Made by a program: the position numbers and the translations under genes | NCBI GenBank assembly: GCA_017992575.1 | Contig: JAGOOJ010000001.1 | Location: 1 to 44,158, forward strand | Origin: Candidatus Moraniibacteriota bacterium | GTDB taxonomy: Bacteria > Patescibacteriota > Minisyncoccia > Moranbacterales > UBA1568 | Direction: 5' to 3' | DNA: 44,158 nt | Shown here: positions 13,056-22,412 of the stretch, piece after piece | Layout: each line of letters starts with the position of its first letter | Position numbering within the stretch: position 1 is the stretch's first letter | The notes under the pieces: model-generated | What the model was told of the DNA's origin: nothing | The model's input: the letters and a program-made list of their open reading frames with translations, nothing else | The model's database searches: none

Positions 13056-14300
13056 ATGCGTATCCTTTTGATTCACAAATTTCATCACGCCTTGGGAGGA
13101 GCGGAGCGGGTGTATTTTGATACAGCAAGGTTGCTTCGGGCTGCTGGGCATGAAGTGGCGTTTTTTTCCATGGTTCATCCGAAAAATGAGCCAACACCCT
13201 GGGCCCGCTTTTTCGTCTCGGAGGTTGAGTACGGTGATGCTGGGAAAAGCTTCCGCGACAAGCTTCGTATCGCCACTCGCATCATATGGAATCATGAAGC
13301 CAATCAGAAATTAGAGGCTCTCATTGATGAATTTCAGCCCGATGTGGCTCATGTGTTTAACCTGTATCATCAACTCTCCCCGTCGATTTTGTGGGTATTG
13401 AAACGGCGCCACGTTCCTGTGGTACTGACACTGTGTGACTTCAAGGTTGTATCGCCAAACTATTTCCTCTACCATTTTGACGAGCGAAGAATCTGGAGGA
13501 GTACCTCTGGTTTTCGTTGCATCATCGATAAAGCTGTTAAAAACTCATACAGCAAGTCTTTCGTGTGTGCGTTAGAGCTTTGGCTTCATCGGCTTTTAGG
13601 GAGCTATAGGACTGTGGCACTCTTTCTGTCCCCCAGTCAGTTCCTCATTGATACGTACCGGTCGTTTGGTTTTCGGGGGAAGGTGCAGTTAGTGCATCAC
13701 CCGGTGGTCACAGGAGAAGTGAACATCCCTGAAAAAGTGATCCCTCTAGCAGAACGTCCGGAGGAGTACCTCTATTTCGGTCGTTTTTCGCCTGAGAAGG
13801 GGGTGGAAACGGTTATTCGGGCTTTCGGACAGTTGCCTCATAAAAAGCTCCTTTTGGTAGGGTATGGGCCGGAAGAAGAGCGTTTGAAACGGTTGGTTAC
13901 GGAGCTCCATTTGGACGAACGAGTGGCTTTTTTGGGCGGGGTGTACGGTGAAGATCTCGAACATATTATCCGACGAGTGCGAGCGGTTATCATGCCACCG
14001 GTCTGGTATGAGAATCAGCCGTTTGTCATGATGCAGACACTCCTCTCAGGGACACTCCTCATTGCCTCACGTATCGGAGGCATTCCTGATATCGTGAAAG
14101 ACACAAAAAACGGTCTCTTGTTTGAGCCGGGGGATGTAGCAGATTTGGTTCGAGTGATGGAAACACTTCCCTGGGAAACCTATGAAACGATGACAGCGCA
14201 AGCGCATGCCACCGTTCTACCCTATACAGAAGAATGTTATCTGAAAGAGGTAGAAGAAAGCTACGCCAAAGTTTTGGGAGAAGCGTCCCGCAGGGTATAA
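13056..14300 (+). CDS. glycosyltransferase family 4 (GT-B, retaining)
   Basis: It has MRILLIHKFHHALGGAERV, GRFSPEKGVE and the E-x7-E region ENQPFVMMQTLLSGTLLIASRIGGIPDIV. Confidence 0.85.
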   Translation: MRILLIHKFHHALGGAERVYFDTARLLRAAGHEVAFFSMVHPKNEPTPWARFFVSEVEYGDAGKSFRDKLRIATRIIWNHEANQKLEALIDEFQPDVAHVFNLYHQLSPSILWVLKRRHVPVVLTLCDFKVVSPNYFLYHFDERRIWRSTSGFRCIIDKAVKNSYSKSFVCALELWLHRLLGSYRTVALFLSPSQFLIDTYRSFGFRGKVQLVHHPVVTGEVNIPEKVIPLAERPEEYLYFGRFSPEKGVETVIRAFGQLPHKKLLLVGYGPEEERLKRLVTELHLDERVAFLGGVYGEDLEHIIRRVRAVIMPPVWYENQPFVMMQTLLSGTLLIASRIGGIPDIVKDTKNGLLFEPGDVADLVRVMETLPWETYETMTAQAHATVLPYTEECYLKEVEESYAKVLGEASRRV

Positions 14301-14302
14301 CC

Positions 14303-15103
14303 TTAGAATCTGGGCAGTTGAAAGATAGAGCGCCAAGCTCCACTGGGATCGTGTTTTTTCCAGAGGGTTACGAAGCTCTCCCCAAGACACAGGAGTGAGA
14401 ATATCACGACGTAATTCCAGGTGCGTTTCATCCGGCGAGGATGAAGCAGGAGTCGCCAGAGCCATTCCAATCCGAACTGACGTACGAGCTTGGGAGCTCG
14501 TGTTTGTTTGTGAGTGTAAAAGTCAAAAGTACCCCCGACGCCCATGACGATCCGGGCCCCACTTTCGGGATAGGAACGGAGGCGTGCGAGGAACGTATCC
14601 TGAGTAGGGGCGCCGAAATTGGCGAGGACGAGAGCCCCGTGGACATGTTCGAGTGCTGTGGTCATGGATTGTTCGGAGTGAATATCAACATTGTCACCAT
14701 GAACGACGAGGTTCGGGAAACGATGAAGGAGGGCGGCGCGTGTTTCTTCGTACGAACTCAAGCCGTCGGTGCGGGCGAGCAGATAGACATCATGATGATG
14801 TTCTTGGGCATACGCCAGCAGGTATTCAGTCAAATCAGAACCAGGGATGCGTTCAATCAATTCTTTGCCCTGCAAGAAGGCAGGCAAGTGAATACCGACA
14901 CCATCAGCCAGTGACAAGTCGGCAGTGTTGATGATTTCTTGGAAGTCTTCCTTTTTTCGTGCCACCATAACGAAATCGGGGTTTACTGTGGCAATCTGAT
15001 GAAAACGATCGGAAGCGAAAAATTCGGCGAGGCGCAAACGCACGTCAACCAAGGAAAGATTGTCGATTTTGAGTCCGAGGGCATTGATAGTTTGCATAGG
15101 CAC
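14303..15103 (-). CDS. WecB/TagA/CpsF family glycosyltransferase (N-acetylmannosaminyl/ManNAcA transferase type)
   Basis: It has VNPDFVMVA, LSLADGVGI, GAPTQDTFLARL and GVGGTFDF motifs. Confidence 0.85.
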   Translation of the reverse strand: MPMQTINALGLKIDNLSLVDVRLRLAEFFASDRFHQIATVNPDFVMVARKKEDFQEIINTADLSLADGVGIHLPAFLQGKELIERIPGSDLTEYLLAYAQEHHHDVYLLARTDGLSSYEETRAALLHRFPNLVVHGDNVDIHSEQSMTTALEHVHGALVLANFGAPTQDTFLARLRSYPESGARIVMGVGGTFDFYTHKQTRAPKLVRQFGLEWLWRLLLHPRRMKRTWNYVVIFSLLCLGESFVTLWKKHDPSGAWRSIFQLPRF

Positions 15104-15123
15104 TTTTCAATAGATAACCCGTA

Positions 15124-15152
15124 ATTATACTCCTAAAATGGAGAAATGTCAA
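15124..15152 (-). promoter_or_regulatory. consensus sigma70 promoter for the TagA-like gene (minus strand)
   Basis: On the minus strand: TTGACA (15147-15152), a 17-nt spacer, then TATAAT (15124-15129). The ATG is at 15103. Confidence 0.7.
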
Positions 15153-15173
15153 GAGGAAAAGTGTTTTCTGGTA

Positions 15174-15202
15174 TTGACAGAAGAGTAGAAATAGTGTATG
15201 GT
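15174..15202 (+). promoter_or_regulatory. sigma70-type promoter for the epimerase gene
   Basis: TTGACA (15174-15179), a 17-nt spacer, then TATGGT (15197-15202). Confidence 0.55.
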
Positions 15203-15233
15203 GTTTAGTTAATCGCTAGAGTGAGCCTTTTCT

Positions 15234-16259
15234 ATGACATCTCTCCAAAAAACTCTGGAACCCAAAAAGTGTCTGGTTTTGGGTGGGGACAGCTTTATGG
15301 GTAGTCATCTCGTCGATGATTTGCTTGCTCGTGGGCATGATGTGCGGGTTTTCGATATTTTTCCTCTGGGTAAAATAAAGAATATTCGTCATCTCAAAGG
15401 AAAAATTCCTTTTTATAAAGGTCATTTATTGGAGCGTTGGCGTTTAGCTCGGGCCCTACGTGGCGTTGACGTAGTGTTTCATTTTACTTCGCTCAGTACC
15501 CCAGCATCAACAGCTCATAATCCTCAGGAAGAAATTCGCTTGAACCTGAAGGGAACGTTGCAACTCTTAGACTTATGCGTTAAAGAAGGGGTGAAACAAA
15601 TCGTTTTTCCGTCTTCTGGGGGTACCGTATATGGCAATGCCTTGGAAGAAGTAGCCAGTGAAACAACGCAGATGCGACCACTGTCGCCCTACGCTGTGAC
15701 CAAATTAACGATCGAGGAGTATCTGCATTTCTATCGCCGTCAGTATGGGCTCGACTTCATCATTTATCGGATTGCCAATCCCTATGGGGAACGACAGGAT
15801 CCTGATGGTATACAGGGTGTTATCCCGATTTTCATGAAACACATGATGAAGGGAGAAACCATCACGCTCTATGGAAATACAGTCCGTGACTATGTGTATG
15901 TGAAGGACGTGACTGGTTTCATAGCGGAGAATTTCAGTCATCCGCATAAGAATACAACCTATAATATTGGGAGCGGTCGGGGAGTGGCGCTGTTCGAGCT
16001 GATCCTCATGCTAGCCAAGACAACCGGATCCATGCCGAAAATCAAACGTTTAGAAAAACGGCCGTTTGATGTTCAAAAAATCGTGCTTGATATTACCCGG
16101 GCGAACGAAGAGTTTGGTTACTATCCTATGACCAGTCTGGAAGTGGGGCTAGAAAAGACATACGTTGTCCTAAAAGAAAAATTGATGCACGAGCCGTTAG
16201 CTCGGACGTCTTGGTTTGACATGGACTTCATTAAGTTCATAAAATGGAACAGGGTCTGA
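15234..16259 (+). CDS. NAD-dependent nucleotide-sugar epimerase/dehydratase (extended SDR)
   Basis: It has the Rossmann motif VLGGDSFMGSHLV and the catalytic motif YAVTKLTIEEY (YxxxK). Confidence 0.85.
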   Translation: MTSLQKTLEPKKCLVLGGDSFMGSHLVDDLLARGHDVRVFDIFPLGKIKNIRHLKGKIPFYKGHLLERWRLARALRGVDVVFHFTSLSTPASTAHNPQEEIRLNLKGTLQLLDLCVKEGVKQIVFPSSGGTVYGNALEEVASETTQMRPLSPYAVTKLTIEEYLHFYRRQYGLDFIIYRIANPYGERQDPDGIQGVIPIFMKHMMKGETITLYGNTVRDYVYVKDVTGFIAENFSHPHKNTTYNIGSGRGVALFELILMLAKTTGSMPKIKRLEKRPFDVQKIVLDITRANEEFGYYPMTSLEVGLEKTYVVLKEKLMHEPLARTSWFDMDFIKFIKWNRV

Positions 16260-16306
16260 TATACCCTGTAAGATGTTCGTTTGTAGAAACCTCAAAGGAG
16301 AGAGAG

Positions 16307-16777
16307 ATGAAGGTTTGTGCTGTTCTCTGTGGAGTACTGCTCCTCGCATCAGGAGCGCATTCGCAGGACGGAGTGGATTCGACGATTTTTGTCCCGAGAC
16401 AGGGCGTCGATCAGGTGCCCATCGAAATCGTCTTTCCGCTCAAGGAGCATAAGGACGCTTATGCCAAAGCGGTGGCTCTTCGGCGTCTGATTGAACGTCG
16501 TTTGCGTCCCCAGCGAAACGGTGATGGGCGTTCGTATTTGGGCAAGTGCATGGTTGAACCCTACCAGCTCGAGCTGGGGTTGGCCACACTGCGTATCGAA
16601 TGTTGGTCGTTAGGCCTCTGGCCAGGCGACGAGGCCTTAGCCGCTATCGGTGCTCCGGAGACGGTAGAAGAAGCCATGGTCTTCATCGAGGCCTTTCTCG
16701 CCAAGCATCGCGAGCGTTTGGCTCGGCCGGTGCCACCTCCAGCGCCTACGCGTTCCCAGATGGTCCGCATGGCCTGA
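16307..16777 (+). CDS. small GC-rich secreted ORFan (156 aa)
   Basis: The start was moved to MKVCAVLCGVLLLASGAHS (signal peptide), with AGGAG 6 nt upstream. G+C is visibly higher than in the flanking genes. The C-terminus is Pro-rich (PVPPPAPT). Confidence 0.65.
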   Translation: MKVCAVLCGVLLLASGAHSQDGVDSTIFVPRQGVDQVPIEIVFPLKEHKDAYAKAVALRRLIERRLRPQRNGDGRSYLGKCMVEPYQLELGLATLRIECWSLGLWPGDEALAAIGAPETVEEAMVFIEAFLAKHRERLARPVPPPAPTRSQMVRMA

Positions 16778-16801
16778 CACGCCGTTTCCACACCCACCGT
16801 A

Positions 16802-16832
16802 CAGCCCCCAGAACTCTGGCCGGCTGTTTTTT
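16802..16832 (+). terminator. rho-independent terminator after the 16307 ORFan
   Basis: CAGCC-c-CCAG-aact-CTGG-cc-GGCTG followed by TTTTTT. Confidence 0.7.
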
Positions 16833-16871
16833 CTTTTGCCACTTTTATATTCAGATTCTTGCTTCAAAAAC

Positions 16872-18980
16872 TTAAGAAGAAGATACCAGTGTGATACGGG
16901 CATCGAGGACTCGGAAGGCCGGACCATTTTTGAAACAGAGGAGTGGATTGATATCGAGCTCTGCAATGTCAGGGAAGTCCTCTATCAAGAGTGAAAGACG
17001 GCCGAGAGCGTCGACGAGAGTGTCCATATCGATCCCATCTTGTCCGCGTGTGCCAGTGAGGAGCGGGAGACTTTGGAGTTCACTCGTCATTTCTCTTGCG
17101 TCTTCTTTTGTGAGCGGGGAGAAGCGGAAGGCGACATCTTTGAATGTTTCGACGAAGATACCACCGAGTCCCACCATGAGGAGTTTACCAAGACCGACTT
17201 CGTGTTTCATGCCGAGAATAATCTCGCGTCCACCAGCAGGGGCCATCTCTACGAGGAGCGCTCCTTCGAGTCTGGCCTCTGGGACACGTTCGTGTACGCG
17301 TTTAAGGAGTGCTTCGTACTTTGGTCCAGCGTCTTCGGGTTTCACGTTGAGCAGTACTCCTCCTGCATCGGATTTATGAGTGATATCGGGAGAAATAATT
17401 TTCATGGCTACTGGTCCGCCAAAAGAACGAGCAACTGATGTCGCTTCTTCGACATTCTTTACGACACGACTTTTGAGAAAATGAAAGCCGTAGGCAGAAA
17501 GTATTTCCCATACTTCCGTTTCGTAGAGCGTGGTGCGGTGCTGTGCTTGTGCTTTTCGTATGATGAGAGAGGCTGTTTCTCGGTCGATATCATTGAAGGA
17601 AAACAATGTGGAGATGTGACTGTTGCGCCACTCGGCTACCTGTGCCAACGCTGAGAGGGCTTCGGCACCGGCTTCAGGATACGTTACGCGGGCCACGCTA
17701 TTTTTTTTCAAGACAGCTATCCCTTCCTCGAGAGCTGTTCGTCCGGAGAATACGGCAACCACTGGCTTTCCGCAGTGGTTTTTGGTATCAGCAATAGCCT
17801 CGGCTGTTTCTTTGGCTTGCGTCATCGATTGGGGGGTCACAATGACGAGAAGCATATCAACCTGCGAATCAGTACTCAGTGCCTCGAGAGCGAGTCGGTA
17901 GCGATCGGCGAGGGCATCTCCGAGTACATCAACAGGATTATTGTGTCCGGCGGCAGCGGGGAGTGCTGAAAGCTTAGCCTTTGTTTCCGGAGAAAGAGAG
18001 GCGATCTTGAGACCGTGTTTGACCGAAGCGTCAGTGGCGAGTACGCCCAGTCCTCCCGCGTTGGTGATAATGCCGATACGTTTTCCCTGAGGGAGCGGGT
18101 TTTGAGAGAAGACACTGAGCATGTGTGAGAGTGTTTCGAAGTGTTCGGCTCGGATAATACGGGCTTGTCTGAAGAGAGCTTGGTAGGCGCGATCGCTTCC
18201 GGCCAGTGCCCCAGTATGGGAGCTTGAAGCAACGGTACCGGCGTCAGTTGTTCCTGATTTGAGAGCAACGATGGGTTTGGGTTCAGGTCGTGCCAATATG
18301 GCTCGCCCTGTTTCAATAATTTTTTTTGCTTCTTTAAGGTCCTCTGTATAGAATCCGATGACTTTTGTTTCGTCGTCGGAAGCAAAATAGCGAAGCATTT
18401 CATTTTCTCCTAGTACCGCTTTGTTTCCATCGCTGACAAATGATGAAAATCCCAAATCACCGAGTGAGAGGTCAAGGAGAGCGGTACAGAGGGCTCCACT
18501 CTGTGAAAAAAAGGCGATAGTGCCTCCTTCGGGCATACCATTAGCAAAGGAAGCGTTCAGACCAATTTTTGGGTGAAGAAAACCGAGACAATTCGGGCCA
18601 AGGAGGGCAATATCGTATTGTTTGGCGACGCGTATGATTTCTCGTTCTAGTGTCTCTCCGGCGATGCCCGTCTCTTTGAATCCGGAGGAGATAATGATGG
18701 CAGCTTTGATACCTTTGGTACCGGCATCAGCGAGAGCCTCTGGCACAGAAAGAGCCGGAATGATAATGATGGCCAGATCAATATCGTCTTTGATGTCATG
18801 AATATGTGGATAACAGCGACGGCCGAAGAGAGTGTCAGTTTTCGGATTGACGGGGTATACTTTCCCGGCATATCCGTAGGAGAGGAGATTTTCTGTGACG
18901 CTGTATCCGACGCTCCCTGGTTTGGTGGAGGCGCCGATGACGGCGATAGAACGAGGGGAAAAAAGTGAGGGAATATGCAT
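16872..18980 (-). CDS. acetate--CoA ligase (ADP-forming), fused alpha/beta (CoA-binding, CoA-ligase and ATP-grasp domains)
   Basis: 702 aa. The N-terminus is SPRSIAVIGASTKPGSVGYSV...VYPVNPK, the SHTGALAG phosphohistidine loop is present, and the C-terminus is an ATP-grasp domain. Confidence 0.85.
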   Translation of the reverse strand: MHIPSLFSPRSIAVIGASTKPGSVGYSVTENLLSYGYAGKVYPVNPKTDTLFGRRCYPHIHDIKDDIDLAIIIIPALSVPEALADAGTKGIKAAIIISSGFKETGIAGETLEREIIRVAKQYDIALLGPNCLGFLHPKIGLNASFANGMPEGGTIAFFSQSGALCTALLDLSLGDLGFSSFVSDGNKAVLGENEMLRYFASDDETKVIGFYTEDLKEAKKIIETGRAILARPEPKPIVALKSGTTDAGTVASSSHTGALAGSDRAYQALFRQARIIRAEHFETLSHMLSVFSQNPLPQGKRIGIITNAGGLGVLATDASVKHGLKIASLSPETKAKLSALPAAAGHNNPVDVLGDALADRYRLALEALSTDSQVDMLLVIVTPQSMTQAKETAEAIADTKNHCGKPVVAVFSGRTALEEGIAVLKKNSVARVTYPEAGAEALSALAQVAEWRNSHISTLFSFNDIDRETASLIIRKAQAQHRTTLYETEVWEILSAYGFHFLKSRVVKNVEEATSVARSFGGPVAMKIISPDITHKSDAGGVLLNVKPEDAGPKYEALLKRVHERVPEARLEGALLVEMAPAGGREIILGMKHEVGLGKLLMVGLGGIFVETFKDVAFRFSPLTKEDAREMTSELQSLPLLTGTRGQDGIDMDTLVDALGRLSLLIEDFPDIAELDINPLLCFKNGPAFRVLDARITLVSSS

Positions 18981-19102
18981 AGAGATGAGTATTTTTTGTT
19001 TTTTTATGGTTGTAGTGGCGCGGGCGGTAGTGAAGAGAGAAACAGTGTTAGAAACACTTAAAATATGGCTTGAATAATATTATTTTAGCGGAAATTCGTG
19101 CT

Positions 19103-19131
19103 CTTGACAAAATTCGCAAAATTTGCTACGA
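19103..19131 (+). promoter_or_regulatory. sigma70-type promoter for the beta-helix gene
   Basis: TTGACA (19103-19108), a 17-nt spacer, then TGcTACGAT (-10 at 19126-19131). Confidence 0.6.
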
Positions 19132-19163
19132 TGGAAGGTCTAAAAATTGATGTCTGAAATAGT

Positions 19164-20117
19164 ATGCAAACTCGTAATTTTTGGCTTTCCAAAGAGTTTA
19201 TGCTTGGTGTGGCATTCGTAGTACTCATTGCTGTACCAGCGATTGTTTTTGGTGGAAGCAAGCAGGTGTATGTCGATAAGAATGCCAATGGTTCCGAAGA
19301 TGGGAGCTATGATCATCCGTATCACAGTCTTGGCCGGGCACTCAATCATGCCAAAGAGGGCACTGATATCCGTATCGCCAAAGGGACATACAAAGAAAAC
19401 ATCACTATTCCAAAAGGGGTGAAGCTCTTTGGAAAGAAGAATGATATTGGTGGTGTGGTTATCAAGGGCGACAGTGATAAGCCGACGGTATCGATGAAAC
19501 ATAAAACAGAACTCAATTATTTGACGATTGAAGGTGGTCGTCATGGAGTTCGCATACTCGAAAATGCCAAGGCCGGTTTGTACAAAGTGAGTATCAAGAA
19601 GAGCAATCGTGATGGTATCCATATTGATTCAGCTTCTCGTGACAAAAAATATCAGGCGCTGATAAATGATGTCGAGATTGAAGGTAGTGATCGTGCCGGT
19701 ATCTTTGCTGAAAAGCGCGATATCATGATTATCAATAGCGATATCCACAATAATAAAAGCGACGGTGTTGACCTCGCTGCCGGTATGAAGGGATGGCTGG
19801 AGGACAATCGTTTCAGTAATAATGGCGGGAGTGGTCTGAAAATGATTCTTGACGGAGCGTATCTCAGCATGAAGACAAACAGTGTCCGCAATAATAAGCG
19901 GGAAGGTGTTGAGATCAATGCCTATGGAGCCTCTGGGAGCATCACTTTGAAAAAGGTGTCGTTTATCGGGAATGGCCGATATGGTATTGCTCGTGTCGCT
20001 CGCACTGGTGCTGGCTTGAAATCATTTGGTGGGTTGTATCTTGGTACCGGAGTCAATATCAACCATATCGAAGGAAATGGCGTAGCGAGCACCTCTCCTG
20101 TATTACGAGGGTTCTAA
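19164..20117 (+). CDS. right-handed parallel beta-helix repeat protein (DUF1565/pectate-lyase-like), membrane anchored
   Basis: It has an N-terminal TM, then GSYDHPYHSLGRALNHAKEGTDIRIAKGTY, followed by repeated NxxxDGI/GV PbH1-like turns. Confidence 0.7.
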   Translation: MQTRNFWLSKEFMLGVAFVVLIAVPAIVFGGSKQVYVDKNANGSEDGSYDHPYHSLGRALNHAKEGTDIRIAKGTYKENITIPKGVKLFGKKNDIGGVVIKGDSDKPTVSMKHKTELNYLTIEGGRHGVRILENAKAGLYKVSIKKSNRDGIHIDSASRDKKYQALINDVEIEGSDRAGIFAEKRDIMIINSDIHNNKSDGVDLAAGMKGWLEDNRFSNNGGSGLKMILDGAYLSMKTNSVRNNKREGVEINAYGASGSITLKKVSFIGNGRYGIARVARTGAGLKSFGGLYLGTGVNINHIEGNGVASTSPVLRGF

Positions 20118-20157
20118 TTCGAAGAGAGACGTTCGCTCTCGATAACTCACTCCTTCT

Positions 20158-21312
20158 ATGAAGATCGCCTTTATTGGACAAAAGGGGATTCCGGCGTTGC
20201 ATGGTGGCGTGGAGAAGCATGTAGAAAAGTTGGCCACCACTTTGGTGACTCGGGGACATGAAGTGACGGTGTATGTACGATCATCCTATACGCCTGCTTC
20301 CATGACAGCGTTTGAAGGAGTGACCCTCGTTCATATCCCATGTATTCAGACAAAACATTTGGAGGCGTTGTCATATTCACTCGGCGCCACACTGCACGCA
20401 CTGTTCACTCCGTTTGATGTCATCCATTTTCAGTCGCTTGGGCCAAGTATTTTTTCTTGGATTCCGCGTGTGTTCAAACCAAAAACACGAGTGATAGCGA
20501 CCTTTCATAGTCGGGAGTATACGCACTCCAAGTGGGGGCGAATGGCCCGTATGTTTTTACGAATAGCGGAGCAGATTATCTGTACCGTACCGGAACGTAC
20601 TATTGTCAGTGATGAAGCGTTGATTCCCTATATCTGTGAGACGTATGATCGTGACGGGACTTTTATTCCGAGTGGGCCAGAGATTACCCCTTGCAATGAT
20701 GTCACTTTTCTGACGCAGTTGGGGTTGCGGCCACAGCGTTTTGTGTTGGCTGTGCAGACAGGAGCGACGCAAGAAGGTATGCACTATCTCATCAAAGCGT
20801 TTAAAGATCTCGAGGATACCAATAGACTCCCTAATAACTTTAAGCTCGTTATTGTGGGAATATCTCGGGTACCGATTGAATATAGTCGCTTCCTTCATCA
20901 TTTAGTGGAGGGTCGTCCGAATATACTTTTAAGAGAGGAAGAAACGATGGAGATGCTCTATAGTCAGGCATATATGTATGTCGAACCGAAAGAGCAGGAG
21001 GGCTATTCGCGAGCGCTCATGGAAGCGATGGGACAGGGGTTGATGCCACTGGTGAGCGAAACACTCACACATCGGGAAATGGTGGCCAATACCGGAGCGT
21101 ATTTCCCATTGAGAGATATAGAGAAACTGAAGAGTGAGCTGGCCTACTATATCAACCGCAGTGATGAAGTAATAGCCTTAGGTAACACCGCTGAAGAACG
21201 GATACGAGAATACTACAGTTGGGATGCTGTGACACAAAAAACGCTTGAAGTGTATCAGGAAGTAGCTTTTCAGAATCATAAAGAACACTATGCCTCTCTC
21301 CGCAGTAAATAA
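20158..21312 (+). CDS. glycosyltransferase (GT4/GT1, DUF1972-type N-terminus)
   Basis: It starts MKIAFIGQKGIPALHGGVEKHVEKLATTLVTRGHEVTVY and has a C-terminal GT-B domain with the EGYSRALMEAMGQGL (E-x7-E) region. Confidence 0.8.
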   Translation: MKIAFIGQKGIPALHGGVEKHVEKLATTLVTRGHEVTVYVRSSYTPASMTAFEGVTLVHIPCIQTKHLEALSYSLGATLHALFTPFDVIHFQSLGPSIFSWIPRVFKPKTRVIATFHSREYTHSKWGRMARMFLRIAEQIICTVPERTIVSDEALIPYICETYDRDGTFIPSGPEITPCNDVTFLTQLGLRPQRFVLAVQTGATQEGMHYLIKAFKDLEDTNRLPNNFKLVIVGISRVPIEYSRFLHHLVEGRPNILLREEETMEMLYSQAYMYVEPKEQEGYSRALMEAMGQGLMPLVSETLTHREMVANTGAYFPLRDIEKLKSELAYYINRSDEVIALGNTAEERIREYYSWDAVTQKTLEVYQEVAFQNHKEHYASLRSK

Positions 21313-22396
21313 TTTTTTTCTCCCATCAGTATCCTGGCGTCGCTCTTTTTTTGTGACGTTGTTTTTTGTGACGCTGGCGGCACTTCTGTTCTGGCTCGAT
21401 GGGTTTCGTTCGTATGAATCAGAAGTTCGTGTGCTTGTCATTGGGAAATCGGCCGGGATAGCAACAGACCAGGTAGTGGAAAATCTTGCTGTCTTAACGA
21501 GTAACCTATCCTTCTACGAGCGCGTGTTGTCCGGAAACGACCTCATTGATGATGATTTTGCTGGATTTTCACCAGATAAACGGAAAACACTGTGGAATGA
21601 AGCAGTGACCGCCAAACGGAGCGAAGGGAGTAGTATACTGGTGATTACCGCCAGACAGGAGAGCGCAGAAAAAGCCAAACTGTTAGTAGAGGAAACAGTC
21701 AAGACACTTTTTTCTGTGGCGAGTTTCTACTATACTATACAGGCTGATGTCGACATGCGGATCATTGATGGAACCATTATCAAAACGACGCTTCGTAGTC
21801 CGTTTCAGTATGTTCTTACAAGTTTCGGAAGTGCTCTTGTGTTGACGTCATTGTTCTTTGCTCTTCTTTCAGTGGCTCCGGTTTTGTTTGGAGAACACCG
21901 AAGTATTGAGAGACGGTCAATGAAAGTGCCGTCGGAGAGTTCTCCAGAAAAAGAATATCAGGCCTCCGCTCTGGGTTCTGCTGTTCCCTACATCGATCCT
22001 CGCAAGTTTGTCCCGGCTCGTCCGAAAACACTCTCTTTTGAATCGAGTCATGAGGAGCAGTTGATTCGAGAGGAAATACTGGCGCCATTGGCGAATCAGG
22101 TTTTAGAGGAAAAAGGAATAGTGGTGGAGGCTTCAAGTGAGCGAATGTTGCCCGGAATGGATGTAGAAAATTTACCCTTTGAATTCGAAGAGATACCTCA
22201 TACGGAAGGAATGATACGCAATACTGATATGCCGGACGAGGCGCTCATTTTTTCGAGTGTAGAAGCTCCTGTTGGAGAAAAAGCGCTTCCGGTTCAGGAA
22301 GCAGTGGAAGAAATTGTTTTGCCAGTGAAGACCGGGGAACCGACTATTGAAGAGTATAAGCGTCGTTTGAATGAATTGTTATCGGGAGGGAAATAA
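21290..22396 (+). CDS. second Wzz-like membrane protein with a long acidic C-terminal tail
   Basis: It has an N-terminal TM (FFVTLFFVTLAALLFWL), a YESEVRVLV... PCP-like domain, a second TM (ALVLTSLFFALLSVAPVLF) and an E/P-rich tail. It overlaps the upstream GT gene by 23 nt. Confidence 0.55.
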   Translation: MPLSAVNNFFLPSVSWRRSFFVTLFFVTLAALLFWLDGFRSYESEVRVLVIGKSAGIATDQVVENLAVLTSNLSFYERVLSGNDLIDDDFAGFSPDKRKTLWNEAVTAKRSEGSSILVITARQESAEKAKLLVEETVKTLFSVASFYYTIQADVDMRIIDGTIIKTTLRSPFQYVLTSFGSALVLTSLFFALLSVAPVLFGEHRSIERRSMKVPSESSPEKEYQASALGSAVPYIDPRKFVPARPKTLSFESSHEEQLIREEILAPLANQVLEEKGIVVEASSERMLPGMDVENLPFEFEEIPHTEGMIRNTDMPDEALIFSSVEAPVGEKALPVQEAVEEIVLPVKTGEPTIEEYKRRLNELLSGGK

Positions 22397-22412
22397 TTGT
22401 AATAAATTGTTT

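Noticed and set aside
18805-18813. A perfect DnaA box (TGTGGATAA, complement of TTATCCACA).
   Set aside because: It is a single copy inside the acetyl-CoA synthetase coding region. A lone 9-mer match has roughly a one-in-three chance in a window of this size, and there is no clustered set of boxes or AT-rich unwinding element.
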